A DNA stretch of 64,000 nucleotides. It comes from a bacterium (lineage in GTDB: Bacteria; Bacillota; Clostridia; Lachnospirales; Lachnospiraceae). The position numbers and the translations under genes are program-made. A model generated the notes under the pieces. That model had not been told where the DNA came from, ran no database searches, and was given only the letters and a program-made list of their open reading frames with translations. Below are positions 1 through 11,046 of the stretch, in pieces. Position 1 is the first letter of the stretch; each line of letters starts with the position of its first letter. The stretch covers positions 40,242 through 104,241 of the forward strand of contig JAUNSO010000006.1 of the NCBI GenBank assembly GCA_030539165.1, read 5' to 3'.

Positions 1-58
1 TCGAACTCACGACCCCTTCATTACGAGTGAAGTGCTCTACCAACTGAGCTATTTCAGC
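1..58 (-). tRNA. tRNA-Thr (anticodon CGU), 5' 58 nt only; the 3' end lies outside the window
   Basis: Reverse complement reads GCTGAAA-TA-GCTCAGTTGGTAGAGC-A-CTTCA-CTCGTAA-TGAAG-GGGTC-GTGAGTTCGA. This gives a 7-nt acceptor arm, a canonical D-arm, an anticodon loop with CGT at positions 34-36 and the start of the T-arm (GTTCGA). Confidence 0.85.
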
Positions 59-229
59 ACCTGTCTTGGACTACCTTTGATATTATATTAGATTTGCTTT
101 GGTTTTGCAACCTATAAATTTGTGTGGATGGAATATATTTACGAATCAGCAGAATTCAGCCAATTTGTCGGTAATTCTATCATGGGAATTGCAATTATTA
201 CAAAAGTTTGGTAAAATGAACTAAATATC

Positions 230-3064
230 ATGCAATTCAGAAACAACACAGAAAAATGTCAGAACAACTGCGGCAGAGGTACTTATATGGACAATATGAG
301 CAACATCAATGAACAATTGAGTTTTGAACATGAGAAACGGATCAAGGATTTAATTCCGAAGAAACTGATTGCGACCTGTATTGTGAATTTAACCAAAAAT
401 GAAGTGGTAGAGATCATCGCGCCGGAGATACCGGAGGAACAGCGCGCGAAGATTAAGACATTTGAAGATACTCCTAAGTATACACTCAATGCAATACTAT
501 CAGATGATGAACGGGTACGGTATCAGGAACTGACAAAAAGAGAATACTGGCTGAATGCGTATCAGGAGGGAAAGACAGATTTTTCACTTGACTATCGTAT
601 CAAGAATAAAGACGGGAAGATCAATTGGGTATCGGAGATGCGGAATGTCATACGCGATCCGAGAACAGGAGATATCTATTTCTTTGGATATATTGGTGAT
701 GCAGATGAACGGAAAAAGCGGGAACTGGCTTATCCGGAACGTATAGAATATGATAAGTATACCGGACTCTATAGAGATACAACGGCATTTGGCATGATTG
801 ACATGATGTTGAAGGAGCCGCTGGAGCCGGGGAAAACCCGTGCATTTTTAAACTGTATTCTGGTGGATTATGAGAAAATAAAGGCAAAGTATGGTACGGT
901 GAATTCTCACAAGATTCTGGCGGAGCTGGGACGAATCGTGAGACTGTATCTCGGCAACAGGTTTATATTGACCTATCGCGGGGATGGATTACTTTCTGTA
1001 TTTATTACAACAGCCCAAAATGAACAGGAGATCAAGGAAGGCGTAGACAGACTGATCAGCATCCTGAGCCTGCGGCATGTATTTGAATACGAGGACATGC
1101 AGCTGAAATACAGGATTAATCTTGTCTTTTGCGAAAAGGAAGACGATTCCTTTAATAAACTGGATGAAAAGGCTAAGTATATAGACAGAACTGCCAATCC
1201 TGCAAGCAGGAAAGTATGCGAGATCTATAAAAGCAAATCTGTCGAGTATTTAGGAAATTACCACAATAATATGGAGTTCATGCAGGAACTGAGCAGCTGT
1301 GATGAAACGATGGCAATGGCTATCTTGAAAGCAACTGCAGCACTTGTTTCTGCTGAAACGTTGAAGGAAGCGATTGACTGTGTATTAGAGATGCTGTGCG
1401 ATTTTTATGAAGCAGACCGGTCACAGGTTTTTGAGATGGGAAATGATCTGTGCTCCTTTAACGGAACCTATGATTACTGCAGAGAAGGGGTTGAATCCCT
1501 GACTGATGATGTGTGTAACACCAGAATAGAGAATGCACCATCATTTCTTCGGGCTTTTGAATCAAAACAGACACTGGTACTGAATAACATCGCAGATGTT
1601 GAGATGGAAAGTGATACAGAAGGCGAATTCTTAAATTCTCACGGCATCAGTTCACTCTACATGGCTCCATTCCATATCAAGGGCAAGATGATGGGCTTTG
1701 TCAGTGTAGACAATGTGGCAGCTCATCTGGGCGAAGTGATTTTTCTGAATGCCATGGCATATTTTATTCCGAATGAGATCGTCAAAAGACGTCTGATGTC
1801 AGAGCAGGACTATGTGAAACACTATGATATGCTGACGGAGCTGGAAAACAGAAACAGCTATCAGAAATATGTCAATGCAGTGAAACAGGAGACATTTTCG
1901 ACCTTCGGTGTTATCAGCATAGACATCAACGGTCTAAAGGACATCAATACACACTTTGGATCAAAGGTAGGCGATAACAGTGTACGGTATGTGGCAGATA
2001 TGCTGCGCAGATTTTTCGGCGACAGTAAATTATATCGTCTGAGCGGCGGCTTGTTTCTTGTGCTGTGTGGTGATTATGCACAGGAGGCATTTGAAGATAC
2101 AGTGATAGAGTTTAAGAAGGCGGCTGCCAAAAATGAAGAAATATCCTTGTCAATCGGGCACTGCTGGTCAAGCAATGACATTGATATTGAAAAGATGGTC
2201 GGACATGCAGAGGATCTGATGCAGATTGCAAAACAGGAATACTATCAGCAGGAGGAAAAATCCAATCAGTTCTTCCACAATAAGCTGCAGCAGGAACTCA
2301 AACAGACAATCCTGAACGGGGAGTTTGTGATGTATCTGCAGCCAAAGGCCGATATTGCAACGAAACGAATCAACGGTGCAGAAGCATTGGTGCGCAGGAT
2401 CCATCCGCAGCATGGAGTGATACCTCCGAACAAGTTTATTCCGCTGCTGGAAAGAGAAAACCTGATCCGTTACATAGATATCTTCATGTTTGAGGAAGTA
2501 TTAAAAACATTGAAAAAGTGGCTGGATGAAGGAAAGAGAGTATTTCCGATCTCACTGAATTTTTCCAGGGCGACCATGCTGGAGCCGGATATCATCAACA
2601 GCATGGAAAGGGTACATGAAAAGTATAATGTACCGCATGATCTGATTGAAATAGAAATCACAGAGACGCTGGGTAATATGGAGCGTGCGACGATAGAAGC
2701 GATTGGCTGTAAAATAGTCAAAAACGGTTATCGACTGTCTCTGGACGATTTCGGAGCCAGCTTTTCCAATCTGTCGATTCTAAATACGATGCAGTTTGAT
2801 GTATTGAAGCTCGATAAAAGCATTATTAATAATATCGTGACGGCTGATAAGAGCAGGATTATCATCAAAAAGGTGCTGGAGCTTTGCAACGAACTGGGAA
2901 TAGAGAGTATTGCAGAGGGAGTGGAAACAGAGGAGCAGCTGGACGTATTGAAAAAGATGGGGTGCGCACAGGCTCAGGGATATCTGTTCAACAAACCGAT
3001 TCCGATGCTGGATTTTGAAGAAAAATATATGCAGGAGAATACACAGGAAGAAATCACTGACTGA
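230..3064 (+). CDS. Multidomain c-di-GMP signalling protein: PAS-like and GAF-like sensor regions, degenerate GGDEF, intact EAL (phosphodiesterase type)
   Basis: 944-aa ORF. EAL-domain motifs are present (EALVRR, EIEITET, LSLDDFGASFSNLS, LKLDKS, IAEGVETEEQ, QGYLFNKP). The GGDEF signature position reads YRLSGGLFLVL, so it is degenerate. An alternative start at ATG 287 (MDNMSN) is preceded by AGAGG. Confidence 0.85.
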   Translation: MQFRNNTEKCQNNCGRGTYMDNMSNINEQLSFEHEKRIKDLIPKKLIATCIVNLTKNEVVEIIAPEIPEEQRAKIKTFEDTPKYTLNAILSDDERVRYQELTKREYWLNAYQEGKTDFSLDYRIKNKDGKINWVSEMRNVIRDPRTGDIYFFGYIGDADERKKRELAYPERIEYDKYTGLYRDTTAFGMIDMMLKEPLEPGKTRAFLNCILVDYEKIKAKYGTVNSHKILAELGRIVRLYLGNRFILTYRGDGLLSVFITTAQNEQEIKEGVDRLISILSLRHVFEYEDMQLKYRINLVFCEKEDDSFNKLDEKAKYIDRTANPASRKVCEIYKSKSVEYLGNYHNNMEFMQELSSCDETMAMAILKATAALVSAETLKEAIDCVLEMLCDFYEADRSQVFEMGNDLCSFNGTYDYCREGVESLTDDVCNTRIENAPSFLRAFESKQTLVLNNIADVEMESDTEGEFLNSHGISSLYMAPFHIKGKMMGFVSVDNVAAHLGEVIFLNAMAYFIPNEIVKRRLMSEQDYVKHYDMLTELENRNSYQKYVNAVKQETFSTFGVISIDINGLKDINTHFGSKVGDNSVRYVADMLRRFFGDSKLYRLSGGLFLVLCGDYAQEAFEDTVIEFKKAAAKNEEISLSIGHCWSSNDIDIEKMVGHAEDLMQIAKQEYYQQEEKSNQFFHNKLQQELKQTILNGEFVMYLQPKADIATKRINGAEALVRRIHPQHGVIPPNKFIPLLERENLIRYIDIFMFEEVLKTLKKWLDEGKRVFPISLNFSRATMLEPDIINSMERVHEKYNVPHDLIEIEITETLGNMERATIEAIGCKIVKNGYRLSLDDFGASFSNLSILNTMQFDVLKLDKSIINNIVTADKSRIIIKKVLELCNELGIESIAEGVETEEQLDVLKKMGCAQAQGYLFNKPIPMLDFEEKYMQENTQEEITD

Positions 3065-3076
3065 TTGTGACAAAAA

Positions 3077-3121
3077 AGAGGGCAAAAGACGCAGAAAAAT
3101 AAGCGAATTGCTCTCTTTTTA
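3077..3121 (+). terminator. Probable intrinsic terminator after the GGDEF/EAL gene
   Basis: AGAGGGCAA (3077-3085) pairs with TTGCTCTCT (3108-3116) with one mismatch. The loop is 22 nt and is followed by TTTT. The long loop makes it weak. Confidence 0.4.
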
Positions 3122-3200
3122 TGATTGAAATCCATAGAAGGATGTGTTAAAATCAAATTTAGTTTTAACTTATCAGAGACAAGTATGCGGAGGTCATATC

Positions 3201-4619
3201 ATGGCACAGTTATGGGGCGGAAGATTTACAAAGGAAACGGATCAGCTGGTATATCAGTTCAATGCCTCTATTACGTTTGACCAAAAGTTTTACAGACAGG
3301 ATATAGAAGGCAGTATCGCTCATGTAGCCATGCTGCATAAACAGGGAATCCTGACGAAGGATGAGCAGGATCAGATCATAGAGGGACTGACAGGGATCCG
3401 GGAGGATATCGAAAACGGCACATTGCAGATCACGGAGGAATATGAGGATATACACAGCTTTGTGGAGGCCAATCTGACAGAACGGATCGGAGAGGCAGGC
3501 AAGAAGCTGCATACCGGCAGGAGCCGTAATGATCAGGTCGCTCTGGACATGAGATTGTATACACGTCTGGAAGTATTATATGTGGATGAGCTGGTCAATG
3601 ATCTGCTGAAGGTGATTTTAAAGATCATGGAGGAGCACCTCGATACATATATGCCCGGCTTTACACACTTACAAAAGGCACAGCCGATCACACTGGCACA
3701 CCATATGGGTGCTTATTTCGAAATGTTCAAGCGGGATCGCCTGAGACTGAAGGATATTTATCACAGGATGAATTATTGTCCGCTGGGAGCAGGTGCACTG
3801 GCAGGAACGACATATCCACTTGACAGAGCCTATACAGCGAAGCTGATGGGATTTGACGGACCGACGCTGAACAGCATTGATTCTGTAGCTGACAGGGATT
3901 ATGTGATAGAGTTTTTGTCTGCATTGTCTACCATTATGATGCACCTGAGCCGCTTTTCAGAGGAAGTCATCATCTGGAATACAAATGAGTATCAGTTTGT
4001 AGAGATTGATGATGCATACAGTACCGGAAGCAGTATTATGCCGCAGAAAAAAAATCCTGATATTGCAGAGCTGGTCAGAGGCAAGACCGGACGTGTCTAC
4101 GGAGCCTTGATGAGCATCCTGACGACCATGAAAGGACTGCCGCTTGCATATAATAAAGATATGCAGGAAGATAAAGAGCTGACATTTGATGCAATTGATA
4201 CAGTCAAGGGATGTCTGGCTTTATTTACAGGGATGCTGGATACGATGAAGTTCAATCAGGCACGTATGGAGCAGAGTGCGAAAGGCGGATTTACCAATGC
4301 CACAGATGCAGCAGATTATCTGGTTGGGAAGGGTGTACCGTTCCGTGATGCACACGGTATCGTTGGAAGACTCGTATTATATTGCATAGATCATCAAAAG
4401 TCACTGGATGATATGACGATAGAAGAGTATCAGGCGATCAATCCTGTATTTGATGAGGATATTTATGATGCCATCAGTCTCGAAACCTGTGTCAATAAAC
4501 GTCTGACAACAGGAGCACCCGGCAGGGAGGCTATGCAGTCAGTAATAGAAGCATGTAAAAATTATCTTGCACATGACTGGCAGGATGAAGATAAAGAGGA
4601 GAGAAAAAAAGATGAGTGA
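3201..4619 (+). CDS. argH: Argininosuccinate lyase
   Basis: MAQLWGGRF... N-terminus, with fumarate-lyase family motifs (GSSIMPQKKNPD, HTGRSRNDQ). GGAGG lies upstream of ATG 3201; the ORF-track start at 3144 is an upstream extension. Confidence 0.95.
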   Translation: MAQLWGGRFTKETDQLVYQFNASITFDQKFYRQDIEGSIAHVAMLHKQGILTKDEQDQIIEGLTGIREDIENGTLQITEEYEDIHSFVEANLTERIGEAGKKLHTGRSRNDQVALDMRLYTRLEVLYVDELVNDLLKVILKIMEEHLDTYMPGFTHLQKAQPITLAHHMGAYFEMFKRDRLRLKDIYHRMNYCPLGAGALAGTTYPLDRAYTAKLMGFDGPTLNSIDSVADRDYVIEFLSALSTIMMHLSRFSEEVIIWNTNEYQFVEIDDAYSTGSSIMPQKKNPDIAELVRGKTGRVYGALMSILTTMKGLPLAYNKDMQEDKELTFDAIDTVKGCLALFTGMLDTMKFNQARMEQSAKGGFTNATDAADYLVGKGVPFRDAHGIVGRLVLYCIDHQKSLDDMTIEEYQAINPVFDEDIYDAISLETCVNKRLTTGAPGREAMQSVIEACKNYLAHDWQDEDKEERKKDE

Positions 4620-5694
4620 AAAATTAAGAGCAGGTATTTTAGGAGCAACCGGTATGGTCGGACAGAGATTTATTTCGCTGTTAGAGAATCATCCGTGGTT
4701 TGAGGTGACTCTGGTGGCAGCAAGCCCGAGAAGCGCCGGAAAGAGTTATGAGGAAGCTGTAGGCGGCAGATGGAAGATGACAACTCCCATGCCTGAGGCA
4801 GTGAAAAAGATGATCGTTAAAAATGTAAATGATGTCAAGGAAATTGCATCTCAGGTTGACTTTGTATTCAGCGCAGTGGATATGACAAAGGATGAGATCC
4901 GTGCAATCGAAGAGGAATATGCAAAGGCAGAGGTTCCTGTAGTGTCAAATAACAGTGCACACAGATGGACTCCGGATGTACCTATGGTCGTACCGGAACT
5001 GAATCCTGAGCACATGGAAGTCATCGAATTTCAGAAGAAGAGACTGGGAACCAAGAGAGGCTTTATCGCAGTGAAACCGAACTGCTCGATTCAGAGCTAT
5101 GCGCCGCTGCTTGTCGCATGGAAGGAGTTTGAACCCACAGAGGTCGTAGCAACTACCTATCAGGCAATCTCAGGTGCAGGCAAGACCTTCAAGGACTGGC
5201 CGGAGATGGTCGAGAATGTGATTCCCTATATCGGTGGTGAGGAAGAAAAGAGCGAGCAGGAGCCGCTCCGTATCCTTGGAAAAATAGAAAATGGTGTCAT
5301 TGTAAAAGCTGATTCACCGAAGATTACGACACAGTGCATCAGAGTACCTGTACTGAACGGACATACCGCTGCTGTATTTATTAATTTTGCAAAGAAACCG
5401 ACCAAGGAGCAATTGATCGAGAAGATGGTGAACTTCAAGGGACTGCCGCAGGAACTGAACCTGCCCAGCGCACCAAAGCAGTTCATCAGATATATGGAAG
5501 AGGACAATCGTCCGCAGGTCGTTCTGGATGTCGATTATGAGAATGGAATGGGAATCAGCATCGGCCGTCTCAGAGAAGACAATATCGGACTGTTCGATTA
5601 TAAATTTGTGGGTCTTTCCCACAACACGGTACGCGGAGCAGCCGGTGGAGCCGTATTGTGTGCAGAGCTGCTGAAAGCAAAAGGATATATTTAA
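4612..5694 (+). CDS. asd: Aspartate-semialdehyde dehydrogenase
   Basis: N-terminus LRAGILGATGMVGQRF (NAD(P) fold), an active-site-like KPNCSIQ and a C-terminal SHNTVRGAAGGAV. ATG 4612 overlaps the argH stop by 8 nt. Confidence 0.92.
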   Translation: MSEKLRAGILGATGMVGQRFISLLENHPWFEVTLVAASPRSAGKSYEEAVGGRWKMTTPMPEAVKKMIVKNVNDVKEIASQVDFVFSAVDMTKDEIRAIEEEYAKAEVPVVSNNSAHRWTPDVPMVVPELNPEHMEVIEFQKKRLGTKRGFIAVKPNCSIQSYAPLLVAWKEFEPTEVVATTYQAISGAGKTFKDWPEMVENVIPYIGGEEEKSEQEPLRILGKIENGVIVKADSPKITTQCIRVPVLNGHTAAVFINFAKKPTKEQLIEKMVNFKGLPQELNLPSAPKQFIRYMEEDNRPQVVLDVDYENGMGISIGRLREDNIGLFDYKFVGLSHNTVRGAAGGAVLCAELLKAKGYI

Positions 5695-5723
5695 AAAGTA
5701 CACGGGATAAGGGAATAGCACTT

Positions 5724-7463
5724 ATGGATGAACTGAGATATCAGCTTGATTTATTAAATGCTTTAAATGAAAAACTGAACGGAAATGATCGGATCTATAA
5801 AATGATATCCGACATTTCCGGCTATTCTTATATTTACATTAACTTCATGGAAGAAACGACCGAGATGCTCGGCTGCTGGGATGAGGTACTGGGCGAGAGA
5901 ATCGGCAACAGTCTGGATCAGGATCGTATGATGTCCTATATTCATGAGGACGATCGTGAAAAATTCAAAAATACAATTGCAGATATGCGCAGAAACCAGG
6001 CTGAGGATGCAGTCTGTGAGTTCAGGACAGCGCAGGGAAAAAACTGGGTCGAGTGCCGGTCACATGTATTTTACAATGACTATATGGAAGCGCAGGAGCA
6101 GATCATGTGTTTCAGGCAGACCACCAAGGAACGTGCACAGAATGAAGAATTGCGTTATCTGGCCTATAACGACTCGCTGACAGGCTTGTATAACCGCAAT
6201 TATTTTGTGAAATGTCTGCGTGATTTTTTGGAAAAGGCTGAATCAGAGAATGCAAATGTAGCATTGATGTTTGTGGACATAGACGATTTTAAAAAGATCA
6301 ATGACAGTCTGGGACTCCTGTTTGGTGATGAACTGGTACAGGACTTCGGGTTATTCATTAAGAGTCTGCAAAATGATCATATCATTGCAGGAAGATTCGG
6401 AAGTGATGTGTTCTGCATTGCCATATATGATCCTTATGGTTCCAGAAGTGTAGAAATGATATACAGAAATATGCATGACAGACTGCGTAAGCCGTTTGTC
6501 CTGAGCAACAAAGCGGAGATCGTCTTCAGTGTCAGCGTCGGTGTTGCAACCTATCCGGAGGCCGGTAATACAGCACTTGAGCTGATTAAGAATGCTGAAA
6601 TTGTATTGTTCCGCGCAAAAGAGACAGGCAAGAATAACCTGCAGTATTTTGAGAAGGATATCTTAAATGAGTTTTTGGATAATGTCACGATAGAACAGCA
6701 GTTGAAAAGTGCTGTGGATCATGAGGACTTTCTATTGTATTATCAGCCGCAGTTCTATGCAAACAGTGGGAAACTAAGAGGCGTAGAGGCACTGATCCGG
6801 TGGCCGGGCGCTGATGGCAAGTTTATCAGCCCGACTGACTTTATCCCCATTGCGGAAAAGAATGGTGCAATCATACCAATCGGTAACTGGGTCATGAAGG
6901 AAGCGTTAAGGGTATATGCCGCATGGACTGCCAAATATGAATATCCGGTCGTGCTGTCGATCAACATATCGGCAATACAGTTAAAGAAAGACAACTTTAC
7001 AGATCAGCTGCTGCATCTGATCAATTTGTATGATATCAATCCCAAGATGCTGGAGCTGGAAATTACAGAGAGTATTTTTATTGATGATTTTGAAGAGGTA
7101 ATCGATAAGATGAAATCACTGCGTATGCTTGGAATCAGAGTATCGCTGGATGATTTCGGGACAGGCTTCTCATCTTTATCTTATTTAAAGGATCTGCCGA
7201 TCGATACGCTCAAGATTGATAAATCCTTTATCGATACAGCGATTCATGACCGTTCTACGAATATCATAACGGAATCAGTTGTCAATATGGTGAAGAAGCT
7301 GGGACTGGAAACGGTCGCAGAAGGAGTAGAGACGCAGGAACAGTATGATTTCCTGAAAAAAATCGAATGTGATAACATTCAGGGCTTCCTGACAGGAAGA
7401 CCAATGACGAAAACAGACATTGAAAAGCTTCTGCTGGAAACTGAAAAAGAGCTCGGGGAATAA
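5724..7463 (+). CDS. PAS-GGDEF(degenerate)-EAL protein, phosphodiesterase type
   Basis: The GGDEF position reads RFGSDVFCI (GSDVF). EAL motifs are intact (EALIRW, ELEITES, VSLDDFGTGFSSLSYL, LKIDKSF, VAEGVETQEQ, QGFLTGRP). Start taken at ATG 5724 (MDELRYQ). Confidence 0.88.
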   Translation: MDELRYQLDLLNALNEKLNGNDRIYKMISDISGYSYIYINFMEETTEMLGCWDEVLGERIGNSLDQDRMMSYIHEDDREKFKNTIADMRRNQAEDAVCEFRTAQGKNWVECRSHVFYNDYMEAQEQIMCFRQTTKERAQNEELRYLAYNDSLTGLYNRNYFVKCLRDFLEKAESENANVALMFVDIDDFKKINDSLGLLFGDELVQDFGLFIKSLQNDHIIAGRFGSDVFCIAIYDPYGSRSVEMIYRNMHDRLRKPFVLSNKAEIVFSVSVGVATYPEAGNTALELIKNAEIVLFRAKETGKNNLQYFEKDILNEFLDNVTIEQQLKSAVDHEDFLLYYQPQFYANSGKLRGVEALIRWPGADGKFISPTDFIPIAEKNGAIIPIGNWVMKEALRVYAAWTAKYEYPVVLSINISAIQLKKDNFTDQLLHLINLYDINPKMLELEITESIFIDDFEEVIDKMKSLRMLGIRVSLDDFGTGFSSLSYLKDLPIDTLKIDKSFIDTAIHDRSTNIITESVVNMVKKLGLETVAEGVETQEQYDFLKKIECDNIQGFLTGRPMTKTDIEKLLLETEKELGE

Positions 7464-7474
7464 TAGGTGAAAAT

Positions 7475-8842
7475 ATGTTACTCGGAAGAACTGCCGAACT
7501 GAAATATCTAAAAAACAATTACGAAAAAGAGGGAAGTCAGCTGGTGATCCTTTATGGACGTAAAAATATTGGCAAGACGGAACTGATCAAAGAGTTTTGT
7601 TCAGATAAGTCCTATTCGTATTATCTTGCAAAGCAGTGCTCCGAGTATGAACAGATCTGTCAGTGGAGCAGTGAGCTGTCAGAGGAAAGAAGTCACCAGT
7701 CGCCTGTGGAGCGCAGATTTGACGCTATTTTTCAGACCATTATAGAAGTAAAATCACAAAAGCGTGTCATTGTGATTGATGAATTCCAATACATAGTCAA
7801 GAACAGTGATATCTTCATGGATGAGGTCGTCAGACTGATTCATGATAAATGGAATAACCAGCCTGTCATGATCATCATGTGTTCTTCTGCCATCGGATGG
7901 GTTGAGAATTCCATGGTGTCCAGAATGGGTGAAAATGCATATGAGATTACCGGATTATTGAAGATCAGTGAGCTTAAATTTTTGGATGTTGTCAGAAGAT
8001 TTCCGAAGTATTCCATGGAACAATGCGTAGAGGCATATGCGATTCTCGGTGGGGTGCCGGGACTGTGGAGATATTGGAATGAGGAACTTGATATACAGGA
8101 AAATATACAGCAGAATATCATCAGACCCGGGTTGTTTCTGAGCGAGGAAGGCAGTCGTTATGTAGCAGAGGAACTACGGGAAACATCGGTTTATCATACC
8201 ATACTGGCAACCATAGCATCAGGAAAATCCAAATTAAATGATCTTCATAACCATACAGGATATAATCGTGCTAAAATCAGTGTATATCTCAAAAATCTGA
8301 TTGAACTGGAAATTGTCGAAAAGGTATTCTCCTACGACACAGCAGGTAAAGACAATACACAAAAGGGCATCTACAAAATCAGCAACCACTATGTACATTT
8401 CTGGTTCAAATATATCTTCCCCCATGTGTCCAGACAGGGAATGATCAGTGAAGAGCAGTTCTATAATCAATATATAGCACCTTCCTTCCGGGCATATACG
8501 GCGACATACTTTACCAAGGTATGCTCTGAGTATCTGGATCTGATGAATCAGATGGGAAAGCTGCATTTCAAATATGAAAAAAGTGGTTCCTGGGTCGGCA
8601 AAGTAGGTACGATTGATATCGTGGCACAGGACGAAGAAGGTCATACTCTGGTGGGTATGTGCAGCTGGGAAAGAAGTCTGATGACCTATAATGATTATGA
8701 ATGGCTGCTGTTCTGCGTAGAAAAGGCAAAGTTAAATGCAGATTATATTTATTTGTTCTCAGTTGACGGATTTGACGAGAAGTTAAATCTGGAAGCAAAA
8801 GTGAAGAAAAATATCATTTTAATAGATATTTCTCAATTATAA
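7475..8842 (+). CDS. AAA-type ATPase of the archaeal-ATPase/DUF234 kind
   Basis: Walker A-like LYGRKNIGKTELI, Walker B-like VIVIDEFQY, and a C-terminal region typical of DUF234-containing ATP-binding proteins. Function unknown. Confidence 0.65.
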   Translation: MLLGRTAELKYLKNNYEKEGSQLVILYGRKNIGKTELIKEFCSDKSYSYYLAKQCSEYEQICQWSSELSEERSHQSPVERRFDAIFQTIIEVKSQKRVIVIDEFQYIVKNSDIFMDEVVRLIHDKWNNQPVMIIMCSSAIGWVENSMVSRMGENAYEITGLLKISELKFLDVVRRFPKYSMEQCVEAYAILGGVPGLWRYWNEELDIQENIQQNIIRPGLFLSEEGSRYVAEELRETSVYHTILATIASGKSKLNDLHNHTGYNRAKISVYLKNLIELEIVEKVFSYDTAGKDNTQKGIYKISNHYVHFWFKYIFPHVSRQGMISEEQFYNQYIAPSFRAYTATYFTKVCSEYLDLMNQMGKLHFKYEKSGSWVGKVGTIDIVAQDEEGHTLVGMCSWERSLMTYNDYEWLLFCVEKAKLNADYIYLFSVDGFDEKLNLEAKVKKNIILIDISQL

Positions 8843-8865
8843 ATTTATTCCAGGAGGAAAGAGTT

Positions 8866-9603
8866 ATGAAAAAGTTTTTAGCAGTAGTGATGGTTGCAGT
8901 ATGCGCAATGGGACTGGCAGCATGCGGCAGCAAAGGAAGCAGTGACAAGACACTGGTTATGGCAACAAATGCAGAGTTTCCGCCGTATGAATTCTATGAA
9001 GGCGATAAGGTAGTCGGAATTGATGCAGAGATGGCAGCTGCGGTTGCAGAAGAGCTTGGGATGGAACTCAAGATTGAGGATATGGCGTTTGACTCCATCA
9101 TCGCAGCAGTACAGTCAGGCAAGGCAGATATGGGCGTAGCAGGCATGACAGTGAATGAGGATCGTCTGAAAAATGTTAATTTCTCTACACCTTATACAGA
9201 GGCGGCTCAGGTCATTATTATAAAAGATGGCAGTACTGTAGCAACACCGGATGATCTGACAGGAAAGAAGATCGGTGTTCAGCTTGGAACAACAGGTGAT
9301 ATTTATGCAGGTGATATCGCTGATGCAACGATCGAGCGTTACAACAAGGGCTTTGAGGCTGTTCAGGCTTTATTACAGGATAAAATAGATGCTGTTATTA
9401 TTGACAGAGAACCGGCAAAGGTCTTTGTATCACAGAATGAAGGACTCGTTATCGTGGATGAAGAGTTTACAGTTGAGGACTATGCAATCGCAATTGCAAA
9501 GGACAATGAAGAGCTGCTGACAAAGATCAATGAGGCACTTGCCAAGCTTGAGGCATCAGGAAAACTGCAGGAAATCAAAGACAAATATATCACAGCAGAA
9601 TAG
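8866..9603 (+). CDS. Polar amino-acid ABC transporter substrate-binding lipoprotein
   Basis: Signal peptide with lipobox GLAAC. Family-3 SBP pattern (FPPYEF, GIDAEMA, DMGVAGMT, ST PY). Confidence 0.9.
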   Translation: MKKFLAVVMVAVCAMGLAACGSKGSSDKTLVMATNAEFPPYEFYEGDKVVGIDAEMAAAVAEELGMELKIEDMAFDSIIAAVQSGKADMGVAGMTVNEDRLKNVNFSTPYTEAAQVIIIKDGSTVATPDDLTGKKIGVQLGTTGDIYAGDIADATIERYNKGFEAVQALLQDKIDAVIIDREPAKVFVSQNEGLVIVDEEFTVEDYAIAIAKDNEELLTKINEALAKLEASGKLQEIKDKYITAE

Positions 9604-9611
9604 GAAAAATT

Positions 9612-10301
9612 ATGGGAAGCTTTGCAGACAACTTTTATCAGAATTTCATAGAGGATAACAGATATGAATATATATTGAATGGCTTGGGTGTGACTCTGAT
9701 CATTACACTTTTCTCTGTTATGATTGGTATTATCCTTGGTTTCATAGTAGCCATGGTACGTTCAACCTATGATAAAACAGGAAAAGGCCTGATATTGAAT
9801 ATCATTTGTAATATCTATCTGACCGTTATCAGAGGAACACCGGTTGTTCTGCAGCTTCTGATTACTTACTTTGTCATATTTGCATCAGTGGATGTGAATA
9901 AAGTATTTGTGGCCGTCATAGCATTCGGCATCAATTCCGGTGCTTACGTTGCCGAAATCATACGAAGCGGAATCATGTCAATTGATAATGGACAGTTTGA
10001 AGCCGGCAGAAGCCTTGGATTCAGCTATGTACAGACCATGATTCACTTTATCCTGCCGCAGGCATTTAAAAATATACTGCCTGCACTGGGAAATGAGTTC
10101 ATCGTATTACTGAAGGAGACCTCTGTAGCCGGCTATATAGCCCTGCAGGATCTGACAAAGGGTGCGGATATTATCAGAAGCCGTACTTATAATGCTTTTA
10201 TGCCTTTGATGGCAGTCGCTGTCATTTATCTTGTACTGGTCATGATCTTTGACAAGCTTGTAAAGAACTTAGAGAGGAGGCTTCGTAACAGTGATCACTG
10301 A
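9612..10301 (+). CDS. Polar amino-acid ABC transporter permease
   Basis: Multi-TM protein with the EAA-type loop ([10 protein letters not shown]...ILPQA) typical of the His/Glu/Gln/Arg permease family. Confidence 0.9.
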   Translation: MGSFADNFYQNFIEDNRYEYILNGLGVTLIITLFSVMIGIILGFIVAMVRSTYDKTGKGLILNIICNIYLTVIRGTPVVLQLLITYFVIFASVDVNKVFVAVIAFGINSGAYVAEIIRSGIMSIDNGQFEAGRSLGFSYVQTMIHFILPQAFKNILPALGNEFIVLLKETSVAGYIALQDLTKGADIIRSRTYNAFMPLMAVAVIYLVLVMIFDKLVKNLERRLRNSDH

Positions 10302-11043
10302 TGATTATAATCAGAAACCTCTGATAGAAGTTCGGGATTTAAAGAAAAGTTTTGGTGGGATTGATGCACTGAACGGAATTACAACAGATTTCCATAAAGG
10401 AGATGTGGCATTTATTGTTGGTCCGTCCGGTTCGGGAAAGAGCACTTTTTTACGCTGTCTGAACCGTCTGGAAATGCCGACCGGAGGCAGTATCATGTTT
10501 GAGGGCGTGGATATTTGCAATCCCAAGAGCAATATTGATGCGCAGCGCCAGAAGATGGGGATGGTTTTTCAGCAGTTTAATTTGTTCCCGCATATGACGG
10601 TTATGAAAAATCTGACCATAGCACCGATCAAGCTGCAGCATAAAACGAAAGAAGATGCGGAACAACAGGCAATGCAGCTATTGGAGCGTGTCGGACTGGC
10701 AGACAGATATGATGCCTATCCGAGTCAGCTCTCCGGGGGACAGAAGCAGAGAATCGCCATCGTACGATCCCTGTGTATGACACCTGATGTGATGCTGTTT
10801 GATGAGCCTACATCAGCACTGGATCCGGAAATGGTCGGAGAGGTACTGAATGTTATGCGTGACCTGGCACAGGTCAAGATGACGATGATTGTCGTTACAC
10901 ATGAGATGAGCTTTGCCAGAGAAGTGGCAAATAGAGTGATGTTCATGGCAGATGGTGTGGTCATGGAAGAAAATAACCCCAAGGATTTTTTTGAACATCC
11001 ACAGAGTGAACGTTTGCAGAGCTTTCTGGACAAGGTATTATAA
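10291..11043 (+). CDS. Polar amino-acid ABC transporter ATP-binding protein (GlnQ-like)
   Basis: Walker [10 protein letters not shown], signature LSGGQKQR, Walker [13 protein letters not shown]-loop VTHEM. GTG start at 10291 with GAGAGGAGG upstream; overlaps the permease stop. Confidence 0.93.
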   Translation: MITDDYNQKPLIEVRDLKKSFGGIDALNGITTDFHKGDVAFIVGPSGSGKSTFLRCLNRLEMPTGGSIMFEGVDICNPKSNIDAQRQKMGMVFQQFNLFPHMTVMKNLTIAPIKLQHKTKEDAEQQAMQLLERVGLADRYDAYPSQLSGGQKQRIAIVRSLCMTPDVMLFDEPTSALDPEMVGEVLNVMRDLAQVKMTMIVVTHEMSFAREVANRVMFMADGVVMEENNPKDFFEHPQSERLQSFLDKVL

Positions 11044-11046
11044 GGT

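Noticed and set aside
3144-3200. Upstream extensions of argH (3144), asd (4567), the second GGDEF/EAL gene (5658), deoC (49259), the dltA-like gene (53688) and the SpoIID-domain gene (59882) in the ORF track
   Set aside because: In each case a downstream in-frame ATG with a Shine-Dalgarno sequence coincides with the conserved N-terminus of the family. The dltA-like extension would also read through the pckA terminator.
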